Positions 27,689-38,105 of a stretch of 56,868 nucleotides of DNA are shown here, in pieces. The translations under genes were made by a program, and so were the position numbers. The DNA is from an uncultured bacterium. GTDB taxonomy: Bacteria > Gemmatimonadota > Gemmatimonadetes > Palauibacterales > Palauibacteraceae. Position 1 is the first letter of the stretch. Each line of letters starts with the position of its first letter. Location of the stretch: contig CBDUVN010000003.1 in assembly GCA_965370685.1 (NCBI GenBank), forward strand, positions 1 to 56,868, given 5' to 3'. The notes under the pieces were generated by a model. It did no database searches, was not told where the DNA came from, and saw only the letters and a program-made list of their open reading frames with translations.

Positions 27689-28888
27689 ATGAAGTCGCGC
27701 TACATCGTCACTCTGATCGTGCTTGTCCTCGGGGTCGCCGCGATCACGGGGATCTACCTGAGGCTGCAGGAGAACGCGGCCACCGACGGCAGGCCGGACA
27801 CCGAGAGCAGCGCGGTCGTCGATTCCGCGCTCGAAGCGGCTCGCGGCACCGCCGCGACCTCCGCGTTCGCCACCGGCGTCGCCGTTCCGGTCGAGGGCGG
27901 TGTCGCACAGCGAGGCACGTTCGTGATCTGGGCCAGCGCCGAAGGACAGGCGGCCGCCCTGAGGACCGCCCTGCTGGCGGCCGAAGTCACGGGGTCGATC
28001 GTCGAAGTCCCGGTGCGCGAGGGCGACTTCGTGCGGGCGGGTCAACTGGTCGCGCGGATCGACCCGAGCGTATACGAGCTGGATCTGAAGGAGGCCGAGG
28101 GCGGGCTGGACCAGGCAATGGCCACCTACCACGAGCTCACGCTCGGGGACGAGCGGATCGACGACGAATCCCTGCGAAATGAGCGCCAGGGCCAGGCGAG
28201 AGTACGCAGCGGCCTGGCCGGATCCGAAGCTCGGGTGGAAAAAGCGCGCTACGATCTGCGGAAGACCGAGTTCCGGGCGCCGTACGCCGGCCGGGTGGCG
28301 AATCTCTCGGTGGATGTCGGGTCCCGGGTCGGGCCCGGGGATTCCGTCGCCACGATCGTCGATGTGTCGAGCGTGGAGGTGGACGTGCAGGTACTGGAGA
28401 GCGAGATCGCGGCCGTGGCGCGGGACCGGGAGGCGACGGTGCACTTCACGGCGTTTCCGGGCGAGGAATTCATGGGCGTCGTGGTGTCGATCAATCCGGT
28501 CGTGGACCCGATCAGCCACGTGGGCAGGGTGACGGTGCGGCTGCGGAATCCCGAGGCGCGGATCCTTCCCGGGATGCACGCCAACGTCCGCATCGCCGGC
28601 GCGCTGTACGAGGACCGCGTCTCCGTTCCCAAGGAATCGATCGTAGAGCGGAGCCGGCGCGAGGTCGTGTTCGTGTTCGAGCCGTCGGAAGAAGGCGGCA
28701 CCACGGGGCTCGCGAAATGGCGGTACGTGACGACGGGGCTCGAGAACGAAGACTGGGTCGAGATCGTGTCGTCGGACGATACCGACATGGTGCAGGAAGG
28801 CGAGATCGTCCTCGTCGGAGGGCATACGACGTTGACCCACGACGCCCGGGTCCGGCTGGCCGTCGTGGATGGTGAGGAGGTGCAGTGA
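27689..28888 (+). CDS. efflux RND transporter periplasmic adaptor subunit (HlyD/MFP family)
   Basis: 399 aa. It has an N-terminal anchor helix, a lipoyl-like segment (VTGSIVEVPVREGDFVRAGQLVARID), a coiled-coil hairpin, and RAPYAGRVANLSVDVG. Confidence 0.9.
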   Translation: MKSRYIVTLIVLVLGVAAITGIYLRLQENAATDGRPDTESSAVVDSALEAARGTAATSAFATGVAVPVEGGVAQRGTFVIWASAEGQAAALRTALLAAEVTGSIVEVPVREGDFVRAGQLVARIDPSVYELDLKEAEGGLDQAMATYHELTLGDERIDDESLRNERQGQARVRSGLAGSEARVEKARYDLRKTEFRAPYAGRVANLSVDVGSRVGPGDSVATIVDVSSVEVDVQVLESEIAAVARDREATVHFTAFPGEEFMGVVVSINPVVDPISHVGRVTVRLRNPEARILPGMHANVRIAGALYEDRVSVPKESIVERSRREVVFVFEPSEEGGTTGLAKWRYVTTGLENEDWVEIVSSDDTDMVQEGEIVLVGGHTTLTHDARVRLAVVDGEEVQ

Positions 28889-30294
28889 GCCCGTGCGGAG
28901 CTCCGGCGGCAGCTGGAGCAGGTCGAGGAGTTGCCCGGTTCCTCTCCAGCATCGTCCTGGTCGGGCTGCTTTCGTCTCCGGCTGCCGCACAGCAGGTCGT
29001 GACGCTCGAGGGGGCGCTGGAAATGGCGCTGACCCGCAACCCGTCACTCGAGTCCGCCGAAGCCTCAGCGGCCGCTTCGACCGCCGCCCGGTGGGCCGAC
29101 TGGGGGGCATTCCTGCCCACGGCCCGGGCCAACGTGTCGCTGTCGCAGACCGACTTCACGAACGTCACGTTTCTCACGCCGGAGGGGTCTCCCAGCATCA
29201 TCGATCCACCGCTCACGGATGTGTCAAAGGGCAGCAACGCGTCGCTGTCGTTCGGTCTTCAGCTGCTGAACCCGGAGCGGATCGCAGCAGTGAAGGCCGG
29301 CGGCGCCCGAAAGGACGCTGCGTATCTGAGGCTCACGGCCGCGCAGCGGACGGTGATCCGCGACGTGAAGATGGCATACTTCGAGGCGCTGAAGCAGACA
29401 CAGTTGCTGGAAGTGGCGGAACGGCAACTCGTAGCCCGCCACGCCGATCTCGAGGTGACGCAGGACCGATACAGGATCGCAGCCGCCTCGAGAAGCGATC
29501 TTCTGGGAGCCGAAATGGATGCCTCGGACGCCGAGCTCCGGGTGCTGCAGGCGGAAGATGGCCTCGGCCAGGCGATCCGGGGACTGCAGGTCGTGATGGC
29601 CGATCCGGTCAGCAACGAAGCCGGCCTCGTCACGCTCGTAGACGTGGAAAACGTTCCCGACGCCGACGCGCTGGACGGAGCGTCGCTCGTGCGCGCGGCG
29701 CACCAGTCAAATCCGACGCTTGCGGCGTTGCTGAAAGACGAGGCGGCGGCGACGAGCGATCTTTGGGCGGCCCGTGCCTCGTACCTGCCGACGATCGACC
29801 TCGGCTTCGTTCTCGGGCGCGGCAAGCAGCTGGGCCGGGATGAGAGCCTGTTCGACTTCCAGCCCGCCAACACGAACTCGACGTTTCAGATCATCGGATC
29901 GTGGAGTCTGTTCCAGGGGTTCGAGCGCAAACGTCAGACGGCACTGGCCGACGAGCGGATAACCCGGGCGCGGGCCGACTGGACGGAGGGCACCCTGCAG
30001 CTGGACAAGGATGTCAGGGACCTGGTGCAGGAGATCCAGCGACGCGATGCACGACTGGAAATCCTGGAACGCAATCGCAACCTGGCAGACGAGCGACTCG
30101 AGCTCGCACGCGAGCAGTATCGGCTGGGGAGCATCCCGTACTTCAACCTCCAGCAGGCGATCGATCGCACGACACAGGCGGAGCAGTTGCTGTTCACGGA
30201 GCGCTACGACTACCTGATTCGCTGGGCTCAGCTGGAGGAGAAAGTCGGACCGGCACTCGCGTCCGGTCAGGCGAATGCCTCGGAAGCGCCCTGA
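28885..30294 (+). CDS. TolC-family outer membrane efflux protein
   Basis: 469 aa with a signal peptide, LEGALEMALTRNPSLESAEA and two repeated coiled-coil/barrel halves. The GTG start overlaps the adaptor stop. Confidence 0.9.
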   Translation: MSPCGAPAAAGAGRGVARFLSSIVLVGLLSSPAAAQQVVTLEGALEMALTRNPSLESAEASAAASTAARWADWGAFLPTARANVSLSQTDFTNVTFLTPEGSPSIIDPPLTDVSKGSNASLSFGLQLLNPERIAAVKAGGARKDAAYLRLTAAQRTVIRDVKMAYFEALKQTQLLEVAERQLVARHADLEVTQDRYRIAAASRSDLLGAEMDASDAELRVLQAEDGLGQAIRGLQVVMADPVSNEAGLVTLVDVENVPDADALDGASLVRAAHQSNPTLAALLKDEAAATSDLWAARASYLPTIDLGFVLGRGKQLGRDESLFDFQPANTNSTFQIIGSWSLFQGFERKRQTALADERITRARADWTEGTLQLDKDVRDLVQEIQRRDARLEILERNRNLADERLELAREQYRLGSIPYFNLQQAIDRTTQAEQLLFTERYDYLIRWAQLEEKVGPALASGQANASEAP

Positions 30295-30309
30295 GGGCAG
30301 GAGAAGGGA

Positions 30310-33300
30310 ATGTCGATCTCCGACCTTTCGATCAGGAGACCTGTCGCGACGTCGATGCTGTATGTCGCGATCGCGGTGGTGGGCGTCGTCTCGTTCCTCC
30401 GGCTGCCGATCGACCTGCTCCCCGATGTCTCGTTTCCGACGCTCTCGGTGTGGACGAGCTATCCGGACGCGGGTCCCGCGGAAGTGGAGCGGTTCGTAAC
30501 CGAGCCCGTCGAGGCCGCCCTGAGCCGGGTTCCCGGCGCCCGGTCGGTCGACTCCCGCTCCCGTGAGGGCCAGTCGCTCGTCCGTCTCCAGTTCTATTGG
30601 GGCACGGACATGGAGTTCGCGATGCTCCACGTGCGCGAACGGCTGGACAATCTCGTCGGCGTGGTTCCCGAGAGCGCGGAGCGGCCCGTAATCCTCAACT
30701 CGGACCCGACGAACGATCCGATTCTCTCCCTGGCGGTGACTGGAGCTGATCTCGCTGATTTGCGCGATCTGGCGGATGCGGTGTTCAAGCGCCGTCTGGA
30801 GCAGCTGGATGGGGTGGCGCTCGCCGCGATCACCGGCGGACCGGTGCGGGAGATCCAGGTGGTCGTAAGGCCGGATCTCCTGCAGGTGAACGATGTGAGT
30901 CTGTCCGACGTCACGCAGGCGCTGGACCAGGCGAACTACAGCGCTCCCGGTGGCACGATACGCCGGGGCAGATTCCGCTACAGCCTCCGCACGCTCGGCG
31001 AGTTCCAGACCGTCGACGAACTGCTCGACGTCGTGGTCGCGCGGCCGGAAGGTGGTGGCGTGGTCCGGCTGCGGGATGTGGCGACGGTCCAGGAGGGTGA
31101 GGCCGAGCGCGAGACGATCGCCCGATTCAACGGGATTCCGGCGATCGGACTGCTGGTCTACAAGGAAGCAGGTTCCAACACGGTGCGTGTGGCGGACAAG
31201 GTGGACGACACCCTCGAGCAGCTGCGAGCCGAGTTTCCCGCCGTGACGATCGAAGTCGCCTCCAGCCAGGCCACGTTTATCCGCGATGCGATTTCAAATG
31301 TGGTCCAGGCTCTGGCGGTCGGAGGCGTGCTCGCGTTTCTCGTGCTGTTCTTCTTCCTTCGCGACCCCCGATATCCGGTGGCCGTGGGCCTGGCGATCCC
31401 GATCTCGGTTCTGGCGGCATTCACGCTGTGCTACCTGTTCGACGTCAGCCTCAACGTGATGTCGCTCGGCGGCCTCGCGCTCGGGGTGGGAATGCTGGTG
31501 GACAACTCGATCGTGGTGCTGGAAAACGTGTTCCGGCACCGGGAGGAAGAAGGGCGGGGCCCGCTCGAGTCTGCCTCGATCGGAGCGCGGGAAGTCGCCG
31601 GCGCGATCACCGCTTCCACGCTGACGACGATCGCCGTGTTCGGACCGGTGCTGTACGTGAAGGGCGTGGCCGGGGCGCTGTTCGCGGACCTGAGCCTCGC
31701 GGTCACGTTCTCGCTGCTCGCCTCCCTGCTCGTCGCCCTCACCCTGCTCCCGGTCCTGGCCGCGAAGTTCGCGGTCGGGGGTGACGTGGAGAAGGAGACG
31801 GAGGCCTTTGCTCCCGACGATCTCCTGTCAGGGTCCGGTATCGACGCCAGGACCGATGGCCGTCTGCGACGGACGTTACGTTCGGCGGCACGCGGGGCCC
31901 GCTCGCTTCCCCGTCGAATCGCCAGCGTTTTCGGCTGGATCTGGCAGTCGATCGTCCTCACGTTTCGGGACCTGACGCGCGCCATCGGTCGCATACTCGG
32001 AAAGCTGACACGTCCGGCGCTCGACGCGTTCGATCGTGGCTTCACGAAGTTCACTACGCGATACGAGGCGACCCTGCGCTCCGCGCTCGACAGAAGGGGA
32101 CTGGTGCTCGCACTCGCCGGCGCGAGCATCGTCCTGGCGGTCTACCTCGGGTCCACGCTTCCGCTGGGAATGATGCCGGATGTGGACGAGGGCGCGTTCC
32201 GGGTGGAGCTGAATCTCCCGGTCGGCACGCCGATCGAGGCCACGGCAGATGCGGCGGCACGGCTCGAGAGTCTGCTGCTCGAGTCCGGGAGTGTGGATGC
32301 CGTATTCGCGCGGATCGGGCGTGCGCGGGAGTCAGAACTCGCGACGCGGGAGCTGAGCGGACTCAACAGCGCCGCGCTGGAGGTTCGGATCCGGCCGGGC
32401 GGCCCGCCGGTGACGGAAGTCGTGCGCGAGTTCCGGGCGGGGCTGCCCGGCACGGGCATCGACCCGCAGGCCGTGTCGATCGAAACGGGTCGGAGTACCT
32501 CACTCGGTCGCGCGTTAGGGGTCTCGGGCGCCGACCTGGCGGTCAAGGTTCGCGGCGATAACCTCGACAGCCTGATCGCCGTGGCGGAACAGGTGGCGGA
32601 GCGGCTCGCCACGGTGGAGCGGCTGGCGGACGTCCGGATCGACCTCGAGATCACTCAGCCCGAGCTCGAGATCGAGGTGGACAGAGCGGCGGCGGCACGC
32701 TACGGCGTCTCGGTGACCGAGGTGGCCGACGCGATCGAGGCATATCTGCGCGGGGTCGAGACGGATCGACCGTACACGGAGTTCTCCGACAAGATCGACA
32801 TTCGAGTGTCGCTGCCCGAGGCCGAGCGGGCCCAGCTGTCCGATGTGCTCGCGCTGACCCACCAGGGAGTACCGATCGGTGAACTGGTGCATGTGCGCCA
32901 GGGTTACGGGCCCGTGGAGATCAGGCGGGTCGATCAGAGCCGCACCGTCCAGGTTCTGGCGGATGTACGCTTCGGCGGACTCGACGACGCCGTCCGCGAG
33001 GCCGAGGCCGCCCTGGCGGACGTGCCGCTGCCACCGTTGACTTCGATGCGAGTCGGCGGCGAGAACGAGGAAATGCGCGAAAGCTTCCGGTCGCTCGGTT
33101 TCGCCTTTCTCCTCGCCCTGTTCCTGGTGTTCCTCATCATGGCGGCGAAGTTCGAGTCGCTGATCCAGCCTCTTGTCGTGCTCGTATCGGTTCCGCTGGC
33201 TGCGATCGGCGCCGTAGTCGCGCTGTGGATCGCGGGAGCCGGGTTGAACGCTATGAGCGGGATCGGGATGGTGATCCTGATCGGTATCGTGGTCAACGAC

Positions 33301-33621
33301 GCGATCATCAAGGTCGACTTCATCAATCAGAAACGGGCCGAAGGAGCCTCGAAGCGTGACGCGATCCTGGAGGCGGGGCGCCTGCGCCTGCGTCCGATTC
33401 TCATGACCACGGTCACCACGGTCCTCGGCCTGCTGCCGCTCGCCGCCGGCTGGGGCGCGGGGGCGGACCTCAGAGCGCCTCTGGCCGTGGCCGTGATCGG
33501 CGGGCTGATCTCTGCGACCGTCCTCACGCTGATCGTCGTTCCGGTGGTCTACTCCCTGGTCGTCTCGCCCCGGGAGCCCGTCGGGTCTGCCGTGGAGATC
33601 GAGGTGGAGCCGGCGCGATGA
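30310..33621 (+). CDS. efflux RND transporter permease (AcrB/MdtB-like)
   Basis: 1103 aa. MSISDLSIRRPVATSMLYV..., 12-TM HAE1 layout, VDNSIVVLEN and VNDAIIKVDF motifs. Confidence 0.95.
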   Translation: MSISDLSIRRPVATSMLYVAIAVVGVVSFLRLPIDLLPDVSFPTLSVWTSYPDAGPAEVERFVTEPVEAALSRVPGARSVDSRSREGQSLVRLQFYWGTDMEFAMLHVRERLDNLVGVVPESAERPVILNSDPTNDPILSLAVTGADLADLRDLADAVFKRRLEQLDGVALAAITGGPVREIQVVVRPDLLQVNDVSLSDVTQALDQANYSAPGGTIRRGRFRYSLRTLGEFQTVDELLDVVVARPEGGGVVRLRDVATVQEGEAERETIARFNGIPAIGLLVYKEAGSNTVRVADKVDDTLEQLRAEFPAVTIEVASSQATFIRDAISNVVQALAVGGVLAFLVLFFFLRDPRYPVAVGLAIPISVLAAFTLCYLFDVSLNVMSLGGLALGVGMLVDNSIVVLENVFRHREEEGRGPLESASIGAREVAGAITASTLTTIAVFGPVLYVKGVAGALFADLSLAVTFSLLASLLVALTLLPVLAAKFAVGGDVEKETEAFAPDDLLSGSGIDARTDGRLRRTLRSAARGARSLPRRIASVFGWIWQSIVLTFRDLTRAIGRILGKLTRPALDAFDRGFTKFTTRYEATLRSALDRRGLVLALAGASIVLAVYLGSTLPLGMMPDVDEGAFRVELNLPVGTPIEATADAAARLESLLLESGSVDAVFARIGRARESELATRELSGLNSAALEVRIRPGGPPVTEVVREFRAGLPGTGIDPQAVSIETGRSTSLGRALGVSGADLAVKVRGDNLDSLIAVAEQVAERLATVERLADVRIDLEITQPELEIEVDRAAAARYGVSVTEVADAIEAYLRGVETDRPYTEFSDKIDIRVSLPEAERAQLSDVLALTHQGVPIGELVHVRQGYGPVEIRRVDQSRTVQVLADVRFGGLDDAVREAEAALADVPLPPLTSMRVGGENEEMRESFRSLGFAFLLALFLVFLIMAAKFESLIQPLVVLVSVPLAAIGAVVALWIAGAGLNAMSGIGMVILIGIVVNDAIIKVDFINQKRAEGASKRDAILEAGRLRLRPILMTTVTTVLGLLPLAAGWGAGADLRAPLAVAVIGGLISATVLTLIVVPVVYSLVVSPREPVGSAVEIEVEPAR

Positions 33622-36600
33622 TCGACCTGTCGATCAACCGGCCGGTCGCCACGGCGGCGATCTATTTCGCGCTCGTGGCACTGGGTGCATACAGCTTCCG
33701 GTTGATCCCGGTCGAGCTCCTGCCCGACGTCGACTACCCGCGGCTCACGATCAATGCGTCGTGGGGGGGAGCGTCGCCGGAGGCGATGGAGGCGTTCGTC
33801 ACATCTCCGCTGGAGTCCGCGGCACAGCAGGTCCGGGGCGTGCGGAAGATCACTTCCACTTCGCGCAGCGACGATCGAGGCACGGGCTCGACATCGGAAA
33901 TCGACGTGGAGTTCGAGCGCACGGTCCGGATGGACTTCGCCCGGCTGGACCTCAGCGAACGGATCTCAGCGCTGCGGGAGGAGCTGCCGCCCGGCGTGCT
34001 GCCGCAGGTTCAGCCGTACGTTCCGCGGGAGTTCTCGGACGAGGAGCAGGCCTTCCTCTCCTACCAGATCCGCGGCCCGTACACGTTCGGCCACCTCGCG
34101 GAGCTGGCGGAGGATGAGATTCAGCCGGCTCTCGCTGCCGTCGACGGGGTCGCTTCGGTGACGATCCGTGGAGATGAGCAGCGAGAGGTCGCAATCGAAC
34201 TGGACGGGAAGAAACTGGAGTCGCTCGGGCTGAGACCGGTGGACGTCGAGGCAAGGATCCGCGAGCTCTCGACCCTCCGTGCTCCGGGTTCACTGGTGCT
34301 GTCCGGACGGCAGGTCGCTCTCGCCGTGCGGACGCGGGTGGAGCGGGTCTCGGAGCTCGAGGATCTAGTCCTGCTCCAGCGTCCGGAAGGGCCGGTCCGA
34401 CTGCGGGATGTGGGGACGGTGCGGGAGACGACCGCGGACCCGCTGATGTATTACCGGATCGACGGCCTCCCGACGATCTCGCTCATCATCTCCCGAGAGT
34501 CGGGAACCAATGCGGTGCGGGTGGCGGAGCAGGTCAAAGCGGAGATCGAACCGCTCCAGGACAAGATGCCACCGGGAGTCGTGATCGAGCTGGATGTGGA
34601 TGAGAGCGAGGAGATCCACAAGCAGCTGACGGACCTCCGCCTGAGGGCGATGATGGCGGCGGTCGTGATCCTGCTCGTGCTGATGCTGTTCCTCCGTTCG
34701 CTGGAAGCCGTGCTGGTCGTATTCGCCACGATCGCGTTCAGCGTTCTCATCGCAGTGAACCTGCTGTACGTGGGCGGATTCTCGCTCAATGTGCTCACGC
34801 TCGCCGGGCTTGCGTGGGGCTTCGGGTTGATCGTGGACAACGGGATCGTGGTGCTCGAGAACGTGGAGCGACACAGCCACCTCGAGTCCGATCCGAAGAA
34901 GGCGGCGAGCGCCGGGGCGCACCAGGTCATGCTGCCCGTGATCGCGGCGACCGCTACGACGGCGATCGTGCTGGTGCCGTTCCTGTTCCTGCAGGGAGAG
35001 CTGCGGATCTACTACCTGCCGCTCGCCTGGGCTGTCGCGTTCGCGATCCTCGCGAGCCTGTTCGTCGCCTTTACCTTCGTTCCCACCATGGCGAGCCGCA
35101 TCCACCACTGGAGAGGCCGCGTGGTGGGCGTGCCGCCCGAGGATGACGTGCTGGCGGCGGAAGGTGGTGGGGAAGGGAGCAGGAAGCGCGAGCCCGTCTA
35201 CATCCGCGTGTATCGCAGCGTCCTCGGGTTCGGGCTCGACCATCCGTTCATCGTGCTCTTCGTGTGCGTCGCAGCCCTCGCCGGAAGCGCCTCCCTGTTC
35301 GACAAGCACGTAACCCGAGGTGTCAGGTGGGCTTCGTTCTGGGGCCAGCGAACCTACATCGACGTCAACATCAGGTTTCCGCGCGGAGCGGGACTCGATC
35401 GCACGGACGAGCTCGTGCGGTCGTTCGAAGCGAAGATCAGAACGCTGCCGGAAGTAGAGCGCTATGAGACGATCGTGCTTCCGCAGTACGCCAACATCCG
35501 GGTGACGTTTCCGGAAGCGCTCGAGTCCACGCAGGTGCCCGTGGCGATCAAGGAACAGATGGTGGCGTACAGCTACCAGTTCTCAGGCCCGGAAGTCCGC
35601 GTGTACGGATTCGGGCCCAGCTTCTACGGGGGAGGAGGGTCACCGCCCAACTACTCCTTGAAAATCCTCGGATATAACTATCTGGAGGTGCAGGCGATCG
35701 CCGACGACGTGGCCGAGCGGCTGAAGCGATTCAGCCGGATCCAGGATGTCGATCCAAATGCCAGCGGACGGTGGTTCGAGCGTGACAAGGAGTTCGAGTA
35801 CTTTCTCACCGTAGATCGGGAAGCGTTGGGAGGACACGATCTTACGGTAGAGGAACTCCTGGGGTTCGTGAGTGCGAACCTGCCCGGCGATCGCCCCCGG
35901 TACCAGGTGATCCGGATCGCCGGCGAAGAGCTTCCGTTCACCGTGAAGCTGGCGGGCTATGACGAGTTCGACCTGCTCGCCATGAGCCAGCTCCGGGTAC
36001 CGTCGCGCGGGGGAGAGGACGTGCGGCTGGCCGACGTCGCTGAGCTCGACAAGCGCGATGTGCTGTCGCGGATTCTGCGGGAAGACCAGCAGTACCAGCG
36101 GACCGTGGCCTGGGAGTTCCGGGGACCGCGCAAGCTGGGCGACTTGATCCGGGACGCGGTCGTCGATGCGACCAGCCTGCCTCCCGGGTTCAAGATCGAC
36201 GCTGAAGACGACTGGCGGTGGAGCGAGGAGGAGCAGACCCAGGTCTATTTCGCGCTCGCCTTCGCGGTCCTGCTGATCTACATGGTCACGGCCGGGCTGT
36301 TCGAGTCGCTCGCGGCGCCGTTCGTCGTCCTGCTCACGCTGCCGCTGGCCCTGATCGGCGTATTTCTGATCTTCTTTTATACCGATGCGACGTTCACCCG
36401 AACGGCGTACATCGGCACGATCATGATGGCCGGGATCGTGGTGAATAACGCGATCCTGATCGTCTACCACATCGGGGAGCTTCGGCGGACGCTCCCCACC
36501 CGCGCTGCGATCCTCCAGGGAACGCTCGAGCGCGTGCGCCCCATCCTGATGACCACGTTCACGACGGTCTTCGGGCTGTTACCGCTCGTCCTGTTCGCCG

Positions 36601-36728
36601 AGTCCCAGGACGAGAACATCTGGAACTCCCTCGCGCTGGCGACGATCGGCGGCTTGATCTCGAGCACACTGTTCGTGCTCGTGGCCATCCCGGTCGCGTA
36701 CCGCTACGTGGTGGCCCGGCGCTCCTGA
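33618..36728 (+). CDS. efflux RND transporter permease (second, AcrB/MdtC-like)
   Basis: 1036 aa. MIDLSINRPVATAAIYF..., VDNGIVVLEN, VNNAILIVYH. The start overlaps the previous stop (ATGA). Confidence 0.95.
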   Translation: MIDLSINRPVATAAIYFALVALGAYSFRLIPVELLPDVDYPRLTINASWGGASPEAMEAFVTSPLESAAQQVRGVRKITSTSRSDDRGTGSTSEIDVEFERTVRMDFARLDLSERISALREELPPGVLPQVQPYVPREFSDEEQAFLSYQIRGPYTFGHLAELAEDEIQPALAAVDGVASVTIRGDEQREVAIELDGKKLESLGLRPVDVEARIRELSTLRAPGSLVLSGRQVALAVRTRVERVSELEDLVLLQRPEGPVRLRDVGTVRETTADPLMYYRIDGLPTISLIISRESGTNAVRVAEQVKAEIEPLQDKMPPGVVIELDVDESEEIHKQLTDLRLRAMMAAVVILLVLMLFLRSLEAVLVVFATIAFSVLIAVNLLYVGGFSLNVLTLAGLAWGFGLIVDNGIVVLENVERHSHLESDPKKAASAGAHQVMLPVIAATATTAIVLVPFLFLQGELRIYYLPLAWAVAFAILASLFVAFTFVPTMASRIHHWRGRVVGVPPEDDVLAAEGGGEGSRKREPVYIRVYRSVLGFGLDHPFIVLFVCVAALAGSASLFDKHVTRGVRWASFWGQRTYIDVNIRFPRGAGLDRTDELVRSFEAKIRTLPEVERYETIVLPQYANIRVTFPEALESTQVPVAIKEQMVAYSYQFSGPEVRVYGFGPSFYGGGGSPPNYSLKILGYNYLEVQAIADDVAERLKRFSRIQDVDPNASGRWFERDKEFEYFLTVDREALGGHDLTVEELLGFVSANLPGDRPRYQVIRIAGEELPFTVKLAGYDEFDLLAMSQLRVPSRGGEDVRLADVAELDKRDVLSRILREDQQYQRTVAWEFRGPRKLGDLIRDAVVDATSLPPGFKIDAEDDWRWSEEEQTQVYFALAFAVLLIYMVTAGLFESLAAPFVVLLTLPLALIGVFLIFFYTDATFTRTAYIGTIMMAGIVVNNAILIVYHIGELRRTLPTRAAILQGTLERVRPILMTTFTTVFGLLPLVLFAESQDENIWNSLALATIGGLISSTLFVLVAIPVAYRYVVARRS

Positions 36729-36800
36729 GCGGCGGGTTGTCAAAGGCGGAATGCCGGCTGCGGGCCGGAGCCGGCGCGGGGGCACTGACAGGGAGGGCGC

Positions 36801-38099
36801 ATGTCGTTTGATCATCGTCCGCTCCGGGCGCGCCCGGGGCGAACCCCGCAGTGCATTCGTTCACGCTTTGTATCCGGCTGTCTTGCGGTCATGTCGGCGG
36901 TTGCCGCCGCGGGCTGTGGCGACGGTCAGTCGGTCGGCTCATCCGACGCCGATGCCGGGTCACCTGGTGCCGATTCCGCCGGAGTCCCGGTCGTACGCAA
37001 CCCGGTGTTTGACCCGGAGGCTCCCACTGCCTGGCGGGTGGGAGAAGAGCTGCGTGTCGGGTCCGTAGACGGCGAGCTGGCGTTCGGCCGTGTGTCCGAC
37101 GTGGCGCCGCGGTCCGCCGGTGGGATGTGGGTGCTCGACGGACAGAGCCGCACCGTGTTCGGATTCGACGAGTCCGGTACGCTGGTCCTCACCTTCGGTC
37201 GAAAGGGCGAAGGGCCGGGAGAACTCCGGAATCCGTCGCGTGTCATCGAAACGACGGATGGCCGGATCGCGATCACGGAGGCGTTTCCTCCCGTCCTGCA
37301 CTGGTTCGAGGCCGACGGGCGCTTTCTGGAGACGGTCCGTGTGGATGCGTCCCGCAACGAGGCAGGGACGAGATCGTTGCCGGTTCTGGCCGAGTGGTGG
37401 GTTGGTCCGGACGGAACTCCGTTCGCGGACGTGTTCGCGGTTCCGATGCCGGGGGGAGAACCGAGAGTCCGTCATTCCATAATTCGACTCGGTGGCGAGG
37501 GCCCGAGCGCCGGAGTTCCGGACACGCTGGTACGCTGGTCGGTCCGGGCGCCTCCGACGGACCCGACGGCCGATGTGGAGATCGTCGCCACGAAGCCACA
37601 GTGGTCGGTCGGGCCGGGCCCCGTGATCTGGTGGACGCCCGGTTCTCCGTATGAGTTGCGCTCGTACGGGCCCGGAGGGGAATTGCTGGCTATCGCTCGC
37701 CTGCCTCGCGAGGCGACCCCCGTCACTCGCGGACTGAAGGCCGCGATCGAGTCTGATCTGCGCCGATCATACATGGACGGCGTCGCGGCGGGGGTTGCAG
37801 CGCTGGACGCCGTGCTCGAGCGGGCAAGCTGGCCGGACGCGCTGCCGCACCTGGCCTCGATCTGGGTATCGACTCCCGGGGGACGGGTATTCGCGGCGCC
37901 ATTCACCAGCGGCATGTTCAATGAGCGTCCGTCGCTGTTGATCGATGTATTTGAGCGGGATGGGCGGTACTCCGGGAGCCTGACTCTGCCGGCCGGCTTT
38001 TCGCCCCGCAGGTTCGCTGATGGCGCCGTGTTCGGCGTAACCACCGATGAACTCGGCGTCACCTACGCCGTACGCTACCGAATCGAGGAGTCGGAGTGA
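36801..38099 (+). CDS. lipoprotein, probable 6-bladed beta-propeller fold (hypothetical)
   Basis: 432 aa with lipobox AAAGCGD. Recurring short motifs (GEGPGELRNPSRV, DGRIAITE, DGRF) resemble TolB/NHL-like propeller families. The fold assignment is inference. Confidence 0.65.
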   Translation: MSFDHRPLRARPGRTPQCIRSRFVSGCLAVMSAVAAAGCGDGQSVGSSDADAGSPGADSAGVPVVRNPVFDPEAPTAWRVGEELRVGSVDGELAFGRVSDVAPRSAGGMWVLDGQSRTVFGFDESGTLVLTFGRKGEGPGELRNPSRVIETTDGRIAITEAFPPVLHWFEADGRFLETVRVDASRNEAGTRSLPVLAEWWVGPDGTPFADVFAVPMPGGEPRVRHSIIRLGGEGPSAGVPDTLVRWSVRAPPTDPTADVEIVATKPQWSVGPGPVIWWTPGSPYELRSYGPGGELLAIARLPREATPVTRGLKAAIESDLRRSYMDGVAAGVAALDAVLERASWPDALPHLASIWVSTPGGRVFAAPFTSGMFNERPSLLIDVFERDGRYSGSLTLPAGFSPRRFADGAVFGVTTDELGVTYAVRYRIEESE

Positions 38100-38105
38100 G
38101 TCCGG

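Noticed and set aside
27665-29237. 481-aa and 241-aa minus-strand ORFs opposite the RND adaptor/TolC genes
   Set aside because: They are antisense shadows. The plus-strand genes have canonical family features and operon structure.
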